Made by a program: the position numbers and the translations under genes. This document shows, one piece after another, positions 28,401 to 32,170 of a stretch of DNA of 32,170 bases (positions within the stretch are counted from its first letter, which is position 1; the number at the start of each line of letters is the position of its first letter). The notes beneath the pieces are model-generated. The model was given only the letters and a program-made list of their open reading frames with translations. It was not told the origin of the DNA and did not search any database. This stretch comes from Abditibacteriaceae bacterium. Lineage in GTDB: Bacteria; Armatimonadota; Abditibacteriia; Abditibacteriales; Abditibacteriaceae. Location: contig JANMKN010000261.1 of assembly GCA_031372065.1 (NCBI GenBank), positions 1 through 32,170 of the forward strand. Direction: 5' to 3'.

Positions 28401-31400
28401 TTAGCGCGTCACTTGCACAACCGGCTCATCAAGCCGCCTGCCGTCAAGAGGCACGACGGGCGCCATGGCGCTTTCACTTTGTCCGGCTTCTTGCATCAAC
28501 TTGGAGATTTCATCGGGCACCGCATAAGTCAGCACATTAAAGCGAATCGTGCCATCAGGTGCCAAGTCGCGGCGTGCCAAAGAGCGCAGCAAGGCCAAAG
28601 TAAAAGCGCCGTGGCCCCATTTGTCACTTTCATAGGAAAACTGCGTCGAGCCGCTCGAAGCCAGCATATAAACGCCGCTATTGTTCACTTCAAAATTCAA
28701 ATCGTCGCTGCGCGCTCCGGCTAATGCACCCGAATGGCAAGTGTCCACGAACAAAAAGACGCTGCGTGCTCGCAGCTTGCCGCCCAATTCCTGCTGCAAT
28801 TCCTGACCAGACAAGCTGGTATTTTGCCAATTGGCTTTATCGAATTCGTAGGTCGGAAAGTAATAGCGCCCTTCAGCATTGCTCAAACCGTGGCCGCTTA
28901 GAAAAATCATCACAGTATCAATTTGGCCGGGTCGCGCTTTGCTTTGCAGCCATTTCAAACCAGCGCGCAAATTTGTCAATGTCGCTTGTTCGTTAGTCAA
29001 CGGCCCGCCGTTGAAAATCTCCACTTTGTCATACAAAGGAGCGCCTTCTTTTTTCAATCGCTCCGCTAATGCTTGAGCGTCTTGAGCCGAAAATTTGAGG
29101 TTGCTAAAGCTATTTGCTGTTTCCACGGCGGCTTTGCCATTGCTATCGGGAGCGCTGCCGTTTTTATAAGTGCTGATGCCCGCGCACAAGATGTAAAGGT
29201 TGCCGGGCACCTGCTTCACACCGGGACGGCGCAAGACGACTTCCGTCGGATTGCTGCCTAAATCAGCGTTATCATAAGCGAAAGCACGCAACGTGATTTC
29301 GTTGGCGCCCACGGGTAATGGCACTTTGAAGGTGTAGCGTTTTGCCAAGTTATAGTGCGCCTCCGTTGCGGCCAAGTCGCTTTCAACAAGGCTATCCAAC
29401 GGCTTGGCGCCTAAAGACAGCGGCTTTGCACCCAAAGAAAGTGGTCTGGCGCCAAGGGAAAGGGGCCGCGCTTCTAAATTGGCGGGCGCATCGCTGATTT
29501 CTATTGGCGCTTCATTTTCCGGTGGCAAAGGACGGCCATTAACTAAGACGGTTACCTCTTTAAGGCCACCTCGCCCGCGCACTTCGAGCGTGGCGGTCAC
29601 GGTTTCGGCGGCGGCGTCCCCTTCATATTGCACACGGGTAAATTGCGCTTGCGGCGGCACATCAAGATTGCTCAAATCGGCTTCGGGCACTGCTTCGCCG
29701 CGCAATGCCTTCTGCACCATATCGGGACGGCGCAAACGGCGGTAATAGCGTTCTGCCGGATAAAGATTGAAAATTTTTGGCCCCGTGCGCCAACGGATGA
29801 AGCGACTGGCATTCGCGGAGCAATCAAACCAGCCTTGCGGCGTCATAATGAACCATTCGCCTTCTGCTGTTTCAGCAGATTTAGCACCGAGACTCAAAGC
29901 CTTGGCGCCAAGGCTGAGTGCTTTCGCGTTGCCGATGATTTCTTGAGCGACGTTGGGCAGTTTAGTGATTGTCGCCAGCAAGTTGCCCTGCTGCGCATTC
30001 CACAATTTAATGGTGTCGTCCATGCTGCCACTCACCACGATTTTGCTGTCGGGCGAAAAGGCAACCGACCACACCCAGTTTTTATGACCGACGAGCGTTT
30101 GCTGCAACGCGCCAGTCTGCGCATCCCATAGCTTAACGGTGCCGTCACAGCTTGCGCTGGCCAACAACTTTCCATCCGATGAAAAAGCGACTGATTGAAC
30201 CAACGCCTTGTGCCCGGTTAATGTTTGCCGCAGCGAAGCGGTGCGCGTGTCCCACAACTTGATAGTGCTATCCTTGCCGCCACTGGCTAAAGTCGCACTG
30301 TCAGGAGAAAAGGCCAGCGTTCTTACATCTTCATGGCCCACCAAACTCTTAAACAAGGTGTTCGCTGGCAGATTCCACAACTTAATCGTGCCATCCATGC
30401 CACCACTGGCTAACATTTTCCCATCGGGCGCCCAAGCGATTGTCCACACGAAACGTTGCTTATTATTCAAGGTTTGGAGTAGCGCACCGGTTTTGGCATC
30501 CCAAATTTTGAGAGGGGTTTCATTATCTTTGCCGAAGCCACCACTAACCAGCCTTTGACCATCGGGCGAAAAGGCAAGCGGCCCGGCTCCGCTCAAAGTT
30601 CTCGTAGTAACACCCACTTGCTTGTCCCACAATGTTACACTCTGCTCGCTGCCGCTAACGAGCAATTGATTATCGGGAGATAAAAGGGCTGTATCTATAC
30701 GATCAGCAGCCTCATTGTGCTTGGAACCTATGATTTTGAGAAGAGCGCCGCTGCGTGCATTCCACAATTTGATGTTTCGGTAGTTGCCGCTGACCAAAGT
30801 GTTTCCATCGGAGGCAAAAGCAACAGAAGTCACCCAATCCTGATAACCATTGAATGTTTTAAATAAAGCGCCGGTTTTGGTGTCCCACAACTTGATAGTG
30901 CCATCAGCGCTGCTACCAGTAGCCAATATTCGACCACTGCGCGAAAAGGCCATTACCGCTAACCACTTCACTTTCGCGGTTTGCGTATCAATGCCGGTGG
31001 CAGCCACCATTTTCTTTTTCAATAAGCCGCTTTGCGTATTCCATAATTCGATGTTATCTTCCGTATCGCCATAAGCTACCACCTTGCCGTCCAAAGAAAA
31101 CGCCATGCATTCGAGCATTTTATCCTTGGTTTTTAGCGTTTTGATTGCAGCGGCTTTGCTCAAGTCCCACAAAGTAACGATGTTATAGCCGTTGCTGGTG
31201 ACCAATGTTTTTCCATCGGGCGCGAAAGCCAGCGCATAGGCTTTGCATTTCAAGGTTTTTAGCAGGGCGCCCGTGTTGGCATTCCACAGCTTCATAGTGC
31301 CATCCGCGCTGCCGCTGACCAGCGTTTTTCCAGCGGGCGAAAAGGCCACAACGCTTACGCCGAACTGACTGCTTTTATGAACCAGAGTTTTGAGTAGGGT

Positions 31401-31889
31401 TCCGGTGTATGGATTCCATAAACGGACAGTATCATCCTTACTGGCGCTGGCTAACGTCTTACTATCAGGCGAAAACGACAGGGAATTCACCCAATCGCTA
31501 TGTCCTCTGAGAATCTTCAAAAGAGCGCCGGTTTGCACATCCCAGATGCTGGTCGTTTTATCCATGCCGCCACTGGCAAGCAGCTTTCCATCGGGCGAGA
31601 AAAGGAGGGCAGCCACGCTACTTTGGTCTGTTTGGCTGTTGCTCAAAGTTTTAAGCATCACGCCCGTGCGAATATCCCACAGCTTGATGGTGTTATCCCA
31701 ACCACCACTGGCTAAAATACGCTCATCTGGCGAGAAAGACAGGGACACGACGCTGTTGGTATGTCCCGATTGTATCACCAATTCAGGTCGCAGTTTGCGG
31801 GGCTGCGCTTGAGCAATTTGAGCAAGTAGCGATGCACTAAAAAAAGCCGCGAGAAAGGATGCGAAAAAAATACGCGAAATGTGATGCAT
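28401..31889 (-). CDS. Exported WD40-repeat protein (14 repeats) with Ig-like linker and C-terminal caspase (peptidase C14) domain
   Basis: GGAG upstream of ATG 31889; signal peptide ending AQA; 14 [IVLM]xxW[DN] repeat ends; FLSGHG and FVDTCHSG His-Cys dyad; GHGAFTLALL. Confidence 0.93.
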   Translation of the reverse strand: MHHISRIFFASFLAAFFSASLLAQIAQAQPRKLRPELVIQSGHTNSVVSLSFSPDERILASGGWDNTIKLWDIRTGVMLKTLSNSQTDQSSVAALLFSPDGKLLASGGMDKTTSIWDVQTGALLKILRGHSDWVNSLSFSPDSKTLASASKDDTVRLWNPYTGTLLKTLVHKSSQFGVSVVAFSPAGKTLVSGSADGTMKLWNANTGALLKTLKCKAYALAFAPDGKTLVTSNGYNIVTLWDLSKAAAIKTLKTKDKMLECMAFSLDGKVVAYGDTEDNIELWNTQSGLLKKKMVAATGIDTQTAKVKWLAVMAFSRSGRILATGSSADGTIKLWDTKTGALFKTFNGYQDWVTSVAFASDGNTLVSGNYRNIKLWNARSGALLKIIGSKHNEAADRIDTALLSPDNQLLVSGSEQSVTLWDKQVGVTTRTLSGAGPLAFSPDGQRLVSGGFGKDNETPLKIWDAKTGALLQTLNNKQRFVWTIAWAPDGKMLASGGMDGTIKLWNLPANTLFKSLVGHEDVRTLAFSPDSATLASGGKDSTIKLWDTRTASLRQTLTGHKALVQSVAFSSDGKLLASASCDGTVKLWDAQTGALQQTLVGHKNWVWSVAFSPDSKIVVSGSMDDTIKLWNAQQGNLLATITKLPNVAQEIIGNAKALSLGAKALSLGAKSAETAEGEWFIMTPQGWFDCSANASRFIRWRTGPKIFNLYPAERYYRRLRRPDMVQKALRGEAVPEADLSNLDVPPQAQFTRVQYEGDAAAETVTATLEVRGRGGLKEVTVLVNGRPLPPENEAPIEISDAPANLEARPLSLGARPLSLGAKPLSLGAKPLDSLVESDLAATEAHYNLAKRYTFKVPLPVGANEITLRAFAYDNADLGSNPTEVVLRRPGVKQVPGNLYILCAGISTYKNGSAPDSNGKAAVETANSFSNLKFSAQDAQALAERLKKEGAPLYDKVEIFNGGPLTNEQATLTNLRAGLKWLQSKARPGQIDTVMIFLSGHGLSNAEGRYYFPTYEFDKANWQNTSLSGQELQQELGGKLRARSVFLFVDTCHSGALAGARSDDLNFEVNNSGVYMLASSGSTQFSYESDKWGHGAFTLALLRSLARRDLAPDGTIRFNVLTYAVPDEISKLMQEAGQSESAMAPVVPLDGRRLDEPVVQVTR
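29397..29471 (-). repeat. Intragenic 21-bp/7-aa tandem repeat ARPLSLG-ARPLSLG-AKPLSLG-AKPL
   Basis: Read directly from the translation; units use different synonymous codons. Confidence 0.9.
29880..29927 (-). repeat. Intragenic 21-bp/7-aa tandem repeat AKALSLG-AKALSLG-AK
   Basis: Read directly from the translation; same consensus as the 29397-29471 repeat. Confidence 0.9.
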
Positions 31890-32033
31890 AGTGTTTTTTC
31901 TCCAAGACAGGCAAAAGTCCACAGCAAAATGCCTTTTTGAGACAGTTTAATTAAATAACCTAATCCGCCCGCGTCCATCCGCGCCCTGCGCCGCCTGGGC
32001 CTTGAAAACGGTAACGCAGCAGCAAAACAAAAG

Positions 32034-32170
32034 GGTCATGTTACAGAAATGATGCTGAGGGAGCATAAAGCCTCGGACAGGCTCTTTTTGGGATGTGAAA
32101 ACCGAAAAGAACACCTGTCCGAGGTGTGGCAGTGGCCACATCAAAAAGAATGGCACAACTCCTCAAGGCA
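32034..32170 (+). mobile_element. Probable left end of an IS1-family insertion sequence (truncated by the window)
   Basis: GGTCATG at 32034 fits the GGnnnTG IS1-family terminus; an InsA-like zinc-ribbon ORF follows. The right end is not visible. Confidence 0.6.
32095..32170 (+). CDS. IS1-family transposase N-terminal zinc ribbon (partial)
   Basis: From GTG 32095: MKTEKNTCPRCGSGHIKKNGTTPQG, matching CPxCxSxxIxKNGxxxxG; too short for the ORF track. Confidence 0.75.
   Translation, partial: MKTEKNTCPRCGSGHIKKNGTTPQG

Noticed and set aside
29990..31770. WD40 DNA repeats as a diversity-generating or recently amplified array
   Set aside because: Repeats are well diverged; no reverse transcriptase or near-identical template/variable pair seen.
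31947..32156. 69-aa minus-strand ORF
   Set aside because: Overlaps the IS1-like end antisense and has no motif; its last ~27 codons could be an interrupted gene, but that is unsupported.

Overview
Bacterial, GC-rich window with four parts. (1) 1-11753 and 16913-25578: a long + strand locus of mostly signal-peptide-bearing carbohydrate enzymes: two SASA/SGNH esterases, a PDZ-like/DUF6288-like/HEAT protein, four Cys-type sulfatases, a sodium:solute symporter, a GH110-like beta-helix protein, a beta-propeller hydrolase-like protein, a GH29 fucosidase and a GH99-like/WbsX protein. It is peppered with short chimeric gene remnants, related leader peptides and REP-like palindromes. (2) 11983-16758: a tightly overlapping three-gene restriction-modification-like cassette inside that locus. 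Its two methyltransferase-fold genes look reciprocally defective: one has SAM-binding motifs but no catalytic motif IV, the other has NPPY but degenerate SAM motifs. A GIY-YIG/T5orf172-SF2 helicase follows. This possible split methyltransferase is the best candidate for an uncharacterised system. (3) 25756-31889, - strand, visibly less GC-rich: an exported 14xWD40-caspase (C14) protein carrying an unusual A[KR][AP]LSLG repeat at two sites, followed by a class III cyclase-STAND ATPase-TPR gene. (4) 32034-32170: probable left end of an IS1-family element, with the transposase start codon inside a hairpin. No rRNA, tRNA or CRISPR array was seen. All family calls are motif recognition by eye, not database searches.
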